A DNA stretch of 64,000 bases from Lingula anatina (Eukaryota > Animalia > Brachiopoda). This document shows positions 1 to 12,402 of this stretch, in pieces; the first letter of the stretch is position 1, and each line of letters opens with the position of its first letter. The position numbers and the translations under genes are program-made. Location: contig CM120644.1 in the NCBI GenBank assembly GCA_051362555.1, forward strand, positions 2,798,954-2,862,953, read 5' to 3'. The notes beneath the pieces were generated by a model. That model had not been told where the DNA came from, ran no database searches, and saw only the letters and a program-made list of their open reading frames with translations.

Positions 1-2814
1 GACGAAAGTAAAAGCATAAGGCTCCAGGCCCATCAGAGTTCAAGTTTATACTTAGAAAGTGCCAGAATGAGAAAAATGAAAATTTCACAAAAAATGCATA
101 AATACAATAAACATGATAATCCAATAGATCTGGTTTTCTCATGAGCTGAAGGCCAATCCTAAAAATCGTACTTGTAAGTTTAAAATTATAATAAGTAGCA
201 CAGTTTTTTTTTCATAATGTTTGCAGTGCAAAAAGATTGTTGTCAATTTTGATGTAACATTACATAATAAATTAGAGAATAATTATCACCAATTTTTGTT
301 TATTGACTATAAATAGCATGGACACGTAGAAAATTTGATTACCATTCGCCTTCATGTCCATGGGAGCTCCGAGTCCCACAATGAATATGCCAAAAAGATA
401 ATGAATATTTCACTCAAATGTATAACTTCCAGAAAAAGAAGCCAGACTGCTTTTTTCCAACTCAGGCTGCATTTTAGTCCAGTGTTTCTTTTTTAAAGGT
501 TTGACAGTCATAAGTAACACAGTTTTCTCATAATGGTCATCATGGCAGCGGCACCAAAAATTGTGCTTTCTTCTATTTTGATGCAACATTACATAATGCT
601 TAACAGCAGAAAAAGAAGCCAATTAGACTGCTTTTTTCCAACTCAGGCTGCATTTTAGTCCAGTGTTTCTTTTTTAAAGGTTTGACAGTCATAAGTAACA
701 CAGTTTTCCCATAATGGTCATCAAGGCAGCAGCACCAAAAATTGTGTTTTCTTCTATTTTGATGCAACATTACATAATGCTTAACAGCATAATGACCATC
801 GATTTTTAATAATAAAATATAAGTGTCATGGATTTTCACAAAATGTGACTAGCATGGGTCTTCAAGCCCGTGGAGGTTCGAAGTCACACCTTGGAAATGC
901 CACTATGTGAAAAATTAAATTTTCACAAAAAAACTGTTTAATTGCCAGAAAAATTTACCAAACAGACTGCATTGCCTACTGAAGCTGTATTTTAGTCCCA
1001 TGTTTCTTTCCTGTAAGTTTGAGAACAGTAAGTGACATGATTTTCCTTAAATGGTCATCATGGGAGCAGTGCCCAAAATAGGGGTTTCGTCAAATTTTGA
1101 TGCAATATTACATAATATTTAACAGCATAATGACCATCAATTTTTAAAAATAGAATATTAGTCACATGAACATTCAGAAAACGTGACTAGCAAAGGTCTG
1201 CAGGCTCATGGAACTTCAAAGTCACACCCTGAAAATCCCAATATGTGAAAAATTAAATTTTCACAAAAAACTGTTTAACTGCCAGAAAAAATTACCATGC
1301 AAACAGACTGCATTGCCTACTGAAGCTGTATTTTAGTCCCATGTTTCTTTCCTGTAAGTTTGAAAACAGTAAGTGACATGGTTTTTCTTAAATGGTCATC
1401 ATGGGAGCAGTGCCCAAAATAGGGGTTTCTTCAAATTTTGATGCAATATTACATAATGTTTAACAGCATAACGACCATCAATTTTTAATAATAGAATATT
1501 AGAAACATGAACATTCAGAAAACGTGACTAGCAAAGGTCTGCAGGCTCATGGAACTTCAAAGTCACACCTTGAAAATGCCAATAAGTGAAAAATTTTATT
1601 TTCACAAAAAACTATTTAATTGCCAGAAATATTTACAAAACAGACTGCATTGCCTACTGAAGCTATATTTTAGTCCCATGTTTCTTTCCTGTAAGTTTGA
1701 GAACAGTGAGTGACATGATTTTCCTTAAATGGTCATCATGGGAGCAGTGCCCAAAATAGGGGTTTCTTCAAATTTTGATGCAATATTACATAATGTTTAA
1801 CAGCATAATGACCATCAATTTTTAATCATAAAATATTAGTATCATGGATATTCAGAAAATGTGACTAGCAAAGGTCTTCAGGACCATGGAACGTCAAAGT
1901 CACATCTTGAAAATGCCAAAATGTAAACAAGACAGCACTTTTCTGAAATGGGTTTATTTCCATTTTTAACACTTTTTTAACATAAAACAAAATTAACAGT
2001 TTACTACCATTTTTATATGACCAACTAAGAAAATTGATGAGATGGGAAAAATATCAATAGAACAGTGTAAAATGTCCAATTTCCTCCATTCTGAGATTCT
2101 AAACATAGTGGATGATTGAATCTGACAAACTGCAATTATATGTGTTTATTTCCATTTTTGACACTTCATTACACAATACACAATAACAAATTTACCATCA
2201 TTTTTACATAATCAACTGACAATGTTGTAAAGATGCTGGAAATGTCAAACAAACACTTTTACATATCTTATTAGTTCAATAATGAGACTATTAACATGCC
2301 TAAGAATTGAATCTGAGGAAATGTATTAAAAAAAGCATAACTTCTAAAATAATGGCCCAATTATGCTGATTTTCATACTCAAGCTATGTTTTAGTAAGAT
2401 TGACCACTCCTGTGAGTACAATGACAATTGGCCTATCTGTTTTTCTTATATTGTGTTATCAGTGTTGCATATATGCTGAAAAAAATGAAAAAAAAAACAG
2501 CATAACTTCCATAAAAGTGGCTCTATCATGCTGGTTTTCGAACCTGACCTGTGTATTATAAATACTCATCAGTTCTGTAAGTTTCTAACCAAAAGGTAAA
2601 ACCGTTTTCCACTTATTGTGTTTACGGTGTTGCATATATGCTGAAAAAAGTGAAAAAAAAGCATAACTTCCCTAAAAATGACCCGATCATGCTGATTTTC
2701 GAACTTGACCAGCGTATTATGAATCTTCATCAGTTCTGTAAGTTTCAAGCCAAAAGGTAAATCAGTATTCCACTTATCGTGTTTACGGTGTTGTATATAT
2801 GCTGAAAAAAGTGA

Positions 2815-5171
2815 AACAAGGCAGCAAAGCTGTCAAATGTACAGACAAAAAGCAGGAAAAAACAAAATAGGGTACTGTCAATTCTGACGCAAAAGTATAT
2901 TATGTTAAACTGCAAATTCAACATCAAATTTTAATTATGCTCAACAGGTAATTCCAATGTAAGTAAAATGTGTAACAAGCATAAGGCTTCAGCCCCATAG
3001 GAGTTCAAGTTCACACTCTGAAAATGTATAACTTCCAGAAAAAGAAGTCAATTAGACTGCTTTTCCAACTCAGGCTGCATTTTAGTCCTGTATTTCTTTT
3101 TTGAAAGTTTGGCAATCATAAGTAACATGGTTTTCCCATAATGGTTTTCATGGCAGCAGCACCCAAAATTGTGTGTTCTTCTATTCTGATGCAATATTAC
3201 ATAATGGTTAACAGCATAATGACAATCAATTTTTAATAATAAAATAAAGGTATCATGGATTTTCAGAAAATGTGACTAGCAAAGGTCTTCATGCCCATGG
3301 AACTTCAAAGTGACACCTTGAATATGCCAAAATAAAAACTAGACAGCACTGTTCTGAAATGGGTTTATTTCCATTTTTAACACTTTTTAATATAAAATGA
3401 AATAAACAGTTTACTGCCATTTTTATATGATCAACTAAGAAAATTGATGACATGGGACAAATATCAATAGAACTGTGGCAAATGTCCAATTTCCTCCATT
3501 CTGACATTCAGAACATAGTAAATGATTGAATCTGACTGATATGAGTTTTTTTTCCATTTTTGACACTTTATTACACAATACACGATAACAAGTTTACCAT
3601 CATTTCTACATAATCAACTAACAATGTTGTAAAGATGCAGGAAATGTCAAACAAATACTTTTATGTGTCTTATTAATTAAATAATAAGACTGTTAACATG
3701 CCTAAGAATTGAATTTGAGGAAATGTGAAAAAACAGCATGACTTATAAAACAATGGCCCGATTATACTCATTTCCAAACTCAACCTGCATTTTAGTAAGA
3801 TTGACCACTCCTGTGAGTTTAATGACAATTGGTCTATCTGTTTTTCTTTTATTGTGTTTACAGTGTTGCAGATATGCTAAAAAGTGAAAAAACAGCATAA
3901 CTACTAAAATAGTGGCCCGATCATGCCGATTTTCGAACTTGACCTGCGTTGTAGTAAGATTGATTACTCCTGTGAGTTTCATGACAACAGGCCTATCGGT
4001 TTTCCTTAATATGTGTTTACAGGGTTGCATATATGCTGAAAAGTGAAAAAAAGCATAACTTCTACAATAATGGCCCGATCATGCTGATTTTCGAACTTGA
4101 CCTGTGTTTTATGAATATTCATCAGCTCTGTAAGTATAAAGCCAAAAAGTAAAACTGCCTTCCACTTATTGTGTTTACAATGAAAGTGCACGGCGTCGGC
4201 GCTGGCGATGACGGCGACGACAGACGCAGGTGATGGCAATATGTACAGACACATCTATATATATATTTACTGTACTGTTTGAGAACAGTAAGTGACATGG
4301 TTTTTCTTAAATGGTCATCATGGGAGCAGTGCCCAAAATAGGTTTTTTTCAAATTTTGATGCAATATTACATAATGTTTAACAGCATAATGACCATCAAT
4401 TTTTAATAATAAAATATTAGTATCATGGATATTCAGAAAATGTGACTAGCAAAGGTCTTCAGGCCCATGGAACTTCAAAGTCACAACTTGAAAATGCCAA
4501 AATGTAAATAAGACAGCACTGTTCTGAAATGTTTTTTTTTTTCCCATTTTTAACAATTTTTAACATAAAACAAAATTAACAGTTTACTGCCATTTTTATA
4601 TGATCAACTAAGAAAATTGATGAGATGGGAAAGATATCAATAAAGCAGTGTTAAATGTCCAATTTCTTCCATTCTGAGATTCTGAACATAGTGAATGATT
4701 GAATCTGACAAAATGCAATGATATGAGTTTATTTCCATTTTTGAAACTTTATTACACAATACACGATAACAAGTTTACCATCATTTTTACAAAATCAACT
4801 AACAATGTTGTAAAGATGCAGGAAATGTCAAACAAAAACTTTTACGTATCTTATTAGTTTAATGATGACTGTTAACATGCCTAAGAATTGAATCTGAGGA
4901 AATGTGAAAAACATGCTGAAAAGTGAAAAAACAGCATAACTTCTACAATAATGGCCCGATCATGCTGATTTTCGAACTTGACCTGCGTTTTATGAATATT
5001 CACCAGCTCTGTAAATATAAAGCCAAAAAGTAAAACTGCCCTCCACTTATCGTGTTTACAAGGAAAGTGCACGGCATCGGCATCGCCATCGCCATCGGCA
5101 TCGGCATCGGCGACGACAGACGCAGGTGATGGCAATATGTACAGACACACATCTGTGTCTGTACATAAAAA
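2815..5171 (-). mobile_element. Complete HINE of the same family, nested in an A-run of the outer copy
   Basis: 3' end AACAAGGCAGCAAAGCTGTCAAATGTACAGAC (hairpin GGCAGC-AAA-GCTGTC plus subTIR) at 2815; 5' palindrome at 5138-5166. Flanks rejoin to the intact repeat GCTGAAAAAAGTGAAAAAAAAGCATAAC. A truncated internal 5' end sits at ~4190-4260. Confidence 0.75.
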
Positions 5172-5173
5172 AA

Positions 5174-5790
5174 GCATAACTTCCCTAAAAATGGCCTGAT
5201 CATGCTGATTTTCGAACTTGACCGGCGTATTATGAATATTCATCAGTTCTGTAAGTTTCAAGCCAAAAGGTAAAACAGTATTCCACTTATCGTGTTTACG
5301 GTGTTGCATATATGCTGAAAAAAGTGAAAAAAAAGCATAACTTCCCTAAAAATGGCCTGATCATGCTGATTTTCGAACTTGACCGGCGTATTATGAATAT
5401 TCATCAGTTCTGTAAGTTTCAAGCCAAAAGGTAAAACAGTATTCCACTTATCGTGTTTACGGTGTTGCATATATGCTGAAAAAAGTGAAAAAAAAGCATA
5501 ACTTCCCTAAAAATGGCCCGATCATGCTGATTTTCGAACTTAACCGGCGTATTATGAATATTCATCAGTTCTGTAAGTTTCAAGCCAAAAGGTAAAACAG
5601 TATTCCACTTATCGTGTTTACAGTGTTGCATATATGCTGAAAAAAGTGAAAAAAAAAGCATAACTTCCCTAAAAATGGCCCGATCATGCTGATTTTCGAA
5701 CTTGACCGGCGTATTATGAATATTCATCAGTTCTGTAACTTTCAAGCCAAAAGGTAAAATGTTTTTTCACTTATCGTGTTTACGGTAAAA
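5174..5790. repeat. ~161-bp tandem core repeat (about 4 copies) inside the HINE
   Basis: GCATAACTTCCCTAAAAATGGC recurs at 5174, 5335, 5496 and ~5659. Confidence 0.9.
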
Positions 5791-5899
5791 GTGCACGCCA
5801 ACGGCGACGGCAACGGCGACGGCGACGACAGACGCAGATGACGGCTATATGTACAGACACATCTGTGTCTGTACATAAAAATAAATAAACAGCAGAACA

Positions 5900-6334
5900 G
5901 ACTGTGATGGGCTGTTCATTCACCAGCCAATCACATCACCAAAAATAGTGATAGTCCGTTCCAAAAATTCTCATAAATAAATGAAAGGAAAAATGGAATG
6001 CAAAAATAAGATCCCGGTATTTCAGAAATTATATCAAATTAGACTGTAGTCGCGTGTTAACACAAAAATAAGCTACATAACAGTTATAGTCCATTAATGA
6101 CAATAGACTGTAGCGATTTATTAACACAAAATAAACTACATCACAGAGTGATAGTCTTATGGACTGTAGTCATGTGTTAACACAGAGATAAGCTACATAA
6201 CAGTTATAGTCCATTAATGACAATAGACTGTAGCCATTTTTCTTAAACACAAAAATAAACTACATCACAAAGTGATAGTCTAATAGACTGTAGTTATTTA
6301 ACACAAAAATAAACTACATCACAGAGTGATAGTC
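5900..6334. repeat. Six 49-57 bp self-complementary repeat units
   Basis: GACT...AGTC-bounded units at 5900-5956, 6042-6091, 6106-6156, 6162-6211, 6226-6280 and 6286-6334, each with two internal inverted repeats. Confidence 0.85.
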
Positions 6335-6970
6335 TAATTCTTTAAGGATATCAGTATTGCTAGCAATATTTTTAATTTTCCCCATTGGAAATTTTTCACC
6401 GTGACGTCATGTTTATTTATTTAACACCGGTGCTAATGTCCACACAGACTGAGACTCTTGTCAGCCTTGTATGAATCCGGTTGTTAACATTCCGTTAACA
6501 ATGCCCCCTATGCTTTTTGCATGACACACGCAAGCATCCACCGCATACGCGATTTAAGGGATTCGGCATTCCCGGCTTCATTTTCACGTTGAGTGACTCA
6601 AGACCGACCAAGATCAAAATTGTCTCTAGTAAAAACATATTTCAATTTAGAAAACACCCCTTCTAAATTTGATTCTACACTATTCCCTTTAGATAGGCCT
6701 ACTTTAAACATCATTTCCAGATGTCTAGGGATAACCTGTTTTACTAGAGACACGCAACCCGAAGAGTCTAGCCCGATGTGAACGTCACCAGCAGTTTTAT
6801 TTAAATTTGGACTCCCGATGTTTGGAGTCTTGAAAGGTGTTATACTACCGGTAGTTTTGTGTTAATTTTTCAGTTTTACAAACGTCTTCCAGTGAATGGG
6901 GCACTTTAAGGGCCCTTAGTGCTTCCACCCACTTTTAGAGTCTGTGACATTTAGTCCTTTTCAATCGGTT

Positions 6971-7206
6971 ACTTGTTCTAGGGATATTCTCGAAATTAGG
7001 GGAATTAACACTTGAAACCCCTGCAGAATTTAATCCCACAAGTTAAGTCTTGTTCAGGTGTACACCTGTTCTAGGGATGTTACCAGTTATAGGAGGGTGA
7101 ATGAAAACCTCCACTAGTATGTTTTATCCCACAAGCGTATATTAAGATTCGATACCGGTTCTAGGGATAGCCGATTTTACGAATAATATCAGGTGTTCCC
7201 ACCGGT
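6971..7206 (-). repeat. Three ~90-bp-spaced stem-loop repeats with invariant GTTCTAGGGAT...TCCCAC
   Basis: GTTCTAGGGAT at ~6975, ~7068 and ~7158; partners ATCCCACAAG at 7033 and 7126, and TTCCCACCGGT at 7196. Confidence 0.8.
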
Positions 7207-7479
7207 ACATCGGTACATGTTGTCTCATCAGCTTTGTAACTGATAATGCAGGCACAGATTTTTTTTAACTTTACAATCCACCCCCCTAAGCTAATACCAA
7301 TCCAGTTTAGAGGTTTCCAAAATGTAATTTGCTACTATAGCTACCACATGACTTTACCACACGAAGTTTTCTTTATTGAGCGGAATTTTCGGACAGCACC
7401 ATTCTCTGAATCAGTGACCCCATTTTACTCTTTATTTCTTTCCATGACTACCTTTCAGCCAGTTTATCGATTTTTCATG

Positions 7480-7858
7480 GAAACATGTTCCGATTTTTGG
7501 GGATAACACTGTTCTTTTTTTTCTATACGTACTGGTGCTACTCTTACACTGTATTTCTTTGATCTGTGAATCCTTAGTCCCGCTTTATCTTTTCCGTCAA
7601 TTTGCAGAAAACTTAAGTTGCACTAAACATATGCATTCAATTTTAAAATTGTCATTGGTGCTACATGTACAACAACTGATTCTAAAATGACTCAAAATTA
7701 TATATGCAAACCCGTTTTTCCTAATTTCCAATCATTCCCTGCAGCAAGACCTACTATGGTCGAGGCAACTTAAAACTGATGGCTAACCTTAAATGCGCGC
7801 AATGCACTCTCCCTGACATTACAGAAATCTGCGCACCCACGTCCACTTTTCCATTGAT
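7480..7858 (-). pseudogene. Decayed retropepsin (aspartic protease) remnant in frame after the gag TAG
   Basis: Translation through the stop gives *INGKVDVGAQISVMSGR, resembling VDTGAxxSxxS with DTG changed to DVG, followed by stops. Confidence 0.6.
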
Positions 7859-9679
7859 CTACGCCCGAGACCACTTAATGGAGGAAAACTTGCTTGAAAG
7901 CCCCGCATTTTGACCTATACCAGGATCAGACTCCCACTCGACGCCCCTACGTTGATTTTGCTGCAATGATTTTTCTACTAGGTGAGGTTTTTCAGTGCCA
8001 TGCATTTGAGACGGTGTATTTGAACATGTACTCGATGCTCGAACCTTAAGTTTAAATGACTCGGTGTTATCAGCTCGCTCTTGTTTTTCGAGTTCTTTTT
8101 TAGTATTTTTTCGTTTTAAGAACTCTTTATATTTCTGGCAATTTCTTTTAAAATGGTCTTTTCTTTTACAGAAGAAACACACACTTGATGTTTTAGGTGT
8201 GGACTTCCTGACCAAATGTTCAACCGTTTTTTCCAAGTCAGCCCTTGAATTAAATTGAATTGTGCTCAATTTTGGCTGCTGGCTGACGCGTTTCTCTATG
8301 ATGGACTCAACTAGTTTTTCAACATTTTCAGATGGAGATTGTTGATTTTCTCTAGCTGTAACATCAAGAGAACATATTTGAATTTTTTCACGAATTTTTC
8401 TTGTTTGTTTTTGAATATTCGTGGGTTTACAAACATTTTGATAGTCCACCATATGTGTTATTGCGTCGCTGATGCTTGCTGGATGCTTTAAACTAGTATA
8501 ACGCCCAGCATCCTGATCAATACAGTCTTGACAAAATTTTGATATTGTTTTTTTTGTCCTGAAAGACTCCGATTTATCAGGATAAGCATCTCTGACCAAT
8601 AACAAAACGCGGCACAGCCATTGGTTTAACGTTTCGTTTTGCGATTGAACGGCAGTATGAAATGCCAGGCGAGCCGAATCGGGATGTTTTTTAATCCCGA
8701 ACACCAAGTCCATTTCTTTCATTATAGATGTGTACGACACATTTTTATTTGCTCTGAGATGGCTATTATACAGTGCCAAAGCCTCGCCTTCAAGACACCA
8801 CAGAAGGTAGTCCAGACACTCGTTTTCTGACCACTCTTTTATCTGGCGATAACTTTCATATCTTTTTCTAAAAGACTCCCAGTCGTCACTGTTTCCGTCA
8901 AACGATAATTGTTTAGGTAAATCACTGGGGTCTACTCTGTCCTTTTTACTTTTTGGACCTACTTTTTCTGGTTTGGGTAGCCGAAAGTGTCCTTTTTCAC
9001 TGTTATCCCTTTCATAAATTAGTGGTTCGTCACAGAAAACGGGAGACGAGATTCTAGGTCGCGTATAATGTTTTCCTATTGAACTAGACCGGTATTCATG
9101 ATTTTGTTGAACTGTTTCGGCAAAATTTTGCTCAACATGTCGTTGCCGCCGTCCGGGTTTAGGAACATGAAACTGATACAGATCACAATTCACATCACCC
9201 TTATGGACAGACGGAGCAAAGTGCCAACTACTGTCCTTACCATTCGGCAAGGAAGTAACAGTATCAGGGTTCATGACGCGGCCTGGAGACTTTGCATGCA
9301 CAGATGATGTTACTTTTTTATCTTTGTTATTGGCACGCAGCCTCTCAATAGGTAGAGCAAAAATGTCGTATTCAGAGGCTAAAGTGGCTGGCTGCGACGT
9401 GAAAGATTTTGGGTCAATAGCTGAGTGAAAATGTGATTTTGAACAAGATTTTAATTTAGAATATGTAGATGGTGAATGATTAGCAGCGTTTTTTACATTT
9501 TTACTGCGAGAAATTTATTCTTGGTGTTGAATTTTCTCACCCAGTTTGAGAATTTTTTCAAATTCCACCCTATATCTCTCAGCAGCCGCTCTTCCTTCAT
9601 GCTGAATGTAGGAAGTCACTTTAGAAGTTGTGTAATGAGTTTTTTGAGTGGATAATACGCTAGGGTCTAGGTCACCCAT
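7859..9679 (-). pseudogene. gag: Ty3/Gypsy-type gag with retrotransposon capsid-like region and CCHC zinc knuckle; one in-frame TAA at 9515-9517
   Basis: ORFs 9515..9790 and 7859..9301 share a frame, and the gap between them translates without stops. Contains LSFDGNSDDWESFRKRYE...LLWCLEGEALALY and CFFCKRKDHFKRNC. Likely ATG at 9679. Confidence 0.85.
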
Positions 9680-9789
9680 GTTGACTTCAGATCCTAATTC
9701 ACTGCTGTGAGTACCCCCAAAAGAGAAATTTTTAATTTTATTTGATCCGGTATTGGATCCACAAATTTCCAAAATGTTGGATCTGGTCA

Positions 9790-11527
9790 CGGGGATCCCT
9801 TGCTCTCTAGCGTATATTATCCTTTCTGCACGTTTAGGACCTATACCCGGCAGTGTAACGAGCTCATCTCAAAAAAATTACTACAGAAGTCTGACCGAAA
9901 GTCATATGTGGAGTTTCCAAATATGCCCTTGGATTTGACTTTTGATCTTTTTTTCAAGGTCAAACAAGCCAAAATTTTCTAAAAATGGGAATTTTATGTA
10001 AAAAAATATTTGTTTGTGCTAATTTTTGGAATCTATGCAGCCCTAAGCTCTCCTGTTATAGTGAGGGGTTACCATTGAGGACTCCTTTCATCTTTGAGAG
10101 TTTGGGGTTAATCGGTGCATTTTCACGGGAGAAGCAGCCATTAGATACCGAAACTGAAAACTCGCTCTAAATCTGGAACGGTAAATGCCAGAGACCTCTT
10201 TTTTTATTGCATTTTGTAGACCTTGTCAAGTGCAATACTGGGGGTGGTGTCCATTTTTTGTTTTTGATATGGTTTAGGCGTTGCCCTATATCAAAAATTA
10301 CAACATCGCAATATTCAGTGGGGAAAATGTGAAATACTCCAAAATTAGCAGAGATACGCCCATAGTTACTATTGAAATTGAATAGGAAGTCATATACTGG
10401 CAATCTAAATATGAACCTGAAATTGACCTTTGACCTACTTTTCACCATGAACTGAACTTTGCAAATTTTTCAACCCTTATATCTCCAAAACTGGCAAAGA
10501 TACGCCCATAGTTACTATTGAACTTGAATAGGAAGTCATATACTGGCAATCTAAATATGAACCTGAAATTGACCTTTGACCTACTTTTCACCATGAACTG
10601 AACTTTGCAAATTTTTAATCCCTTATATCTCGGAAACTGGCAGAGATAAGTCCAAAGTTACTATTGAACTTCTATATGAAGTCATATACTGTGACCTTGA
10701 AATTGACCTTTGACCTACTTTTCATCATGAACTGAACTTTGCAAATTTTTCAACCCTTATATCTCCAAAACTGGCAAAGATACGCCCATAGTTACTATTG
10801 AACTTGAATAGGAAGTCATATACTGGCAATCTAAATATGAACCTGAAATTGACCTTTGACCTACTTTTCACCATGAACTGAACTTTGCAAATTTTTCAAC
10901 CCTTATATCTCCAAAACTGGCAGAGATACACCCATAGCTACTGTTGAACTTTAATAGGAAGTCATATACTGGCAGTCTTATTGTGACCTTGGAATTGACC
11001 TTTGCCCTATTTTTCACCATGAACTGAACTTTGCAAATTTTTTATCCCTTATATCTCGGAAACTGGCAGAGATAAGTCCAAAGTTACTATTGAACCTGAA
11101 TAGGAAGTCATATACTGGCAATCTAAATATGAACCTGAAATTGACCTTTGACCTACTATTTATGATGAACTGCACTTTGCATGTTTCCTGGCCTTCATAT
11201 CTCCAAAATTGGCAAAGAAATGCCCATAGCTACTATTGAACTTCTATATGAAATCATATACTGTGACCTTGAAATTGACCTTTGACCTACTTTTTCACCA
11301 TTAACTGAACTCTGCATATTTTCTTGCCCCTCATATCTTCAAAACTAGCAGAGATCTGCCCACTGTTGTCCCTAGGTTTTCTCTTTTGTCAGCAAATATG
11401 CAATACTGATAACGCATTTCAAGGAAAACCAATAGGCCTATTGTCTAGAAAATCACAGGAGTGATCAGTGTTAGGAAGATACAGCTCAATTTAAACATCT
11501 GCTTGATTTGAACAGTTATGTCTGTTC

Positions 11528-11568
<41 letters not shown>

Positions 11569-11728
11569 ATATTTTGAGAACTCTTGTTTATTGCATTTTA
11601 TAGAGCTTGTCAAGCTCAAGACTGGTGGTGGTGTTCATTTTTTGGGGGTGGGGTTTCCATGAGAATGCGCTTACTCCAGCTGGTGGTACAATATCCAGAG
11701 GCGGTATCGCCTCTCTGATCCTCTAGTT
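9790..11728 (+). mobile_element. Second Helitron/HINE-type non-autonomous element with ~146-bp internal satellite
   Basis: About 7 units (starts 10353, 10499, 10645, 10779, 10925, 11071, 11217). 3' hairpin AGAGGCG-GTAT-CGCCTCT (11697-11714) followed by CTAGTT. The 5' boundary is uncertain. Confidence 0.65.
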
Positions 11729-11984
11729 CACAAGCTAAGATTCACTGCATGGAAAAAATGTTCCATTGTATTATCATACAGGTGATTTCATGGCCAAATT
11801 TAATTTCAGAAAATCCCTATTTTAGTTCAAGTTATATGTAATTAAATTATATTTAGATGTCTTAAAATTATATTAACTGAATATTTAAGTAAATTACATT
11901 AAACTTCTATACAAATTAAGTCAGATATCAGTGTATAGTAAATGTATTTAGATGTCCAAGTTAGAATTACATTAAGTTCTGCAG

Positions 11985-12402
11985 GATGTTTTCAGGATTG
12001 AATAACTTCATTTATGGCTTCATCTTCTAGTTAAAGTTTAAATCAGCCTTGGTCTAATTGTGTTAAAGGTCTCCTGCAATATGTCTTAATTCTGTTAATT
12101 GGCTTCAATATCTCTGAGTTGTTAAGGAATCACTGTAATGTAATTGTCCTTGTGTATTAGTATATAAGGAGAAGAATTTGCAATGTACTGTCATTAGAGT
12201 CTTGTGTCTTCACATGAAGTAGTCAGAAGTAGTGTAGAGTAGAACCTATAGTCAGCAGATAGAAGTGGACCAGTGACACCAATACCTGGATTGTACAGAA
12301 TAAAGGTGGAGATCACACAGATTATAGTGAGTCTCTGGAAACATAACAACGGCTCGGTGTTAGTATCCTTGTTGATCACTGGACCTGTTGTGATCATGAA
12401 CT
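11985..12402 (+). mobile_element. Possible degenerate solo LTR
   Basis: TATATAA (~12160) followed by AATAAA (~12299) in a ~400-bp LTR-like segment. No clean TG..CA ends or TSD seen. Confidence 0.25.

Larger units (their letters stand above)
1..5881 (-). mobile_element. Non-autonomous Helentron-associated element (HINE/DINE-1-like), outer copy with internal tandem repeats; 3' end lies outside the window
   Basis: Minus-strand 5' end at 5881: T-run, then palindrome GTACAGACAC..GTGTCTGTAC (5851-5874), then GTC/GCC microsatellite (5802-5830). This is the subTIR + inverted repeat + microsatellite layout of HINEs. Internal arrays of ~340 bp (961, 1302, 1639) and ~161 bp (5174, 5335, 5496, 5659). 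Confidence 0.7.

Noticed and set aside
410-5745. Short minus-strand ORFs (MQHRKHDKW..., MCLYILPSP...) as a protein family
   Set aside because: They are chance frames within HINE tandem repeats, and the frames shift with homopolymer length between copies.
5900-6334. CRISPR array or hammerhead ribozyme array
   Set aside because: No constant repeat plus unique spacer layout, and no CUGANGA/GAAA catalytic core on either strand.
7856-7861. Programmed gag-pro stop-codon read-through
   Set aside because: The protease is in frame after TAG but lacks DTG and has stops about 35 codons later, so read-through would give nothing functional in this copy.
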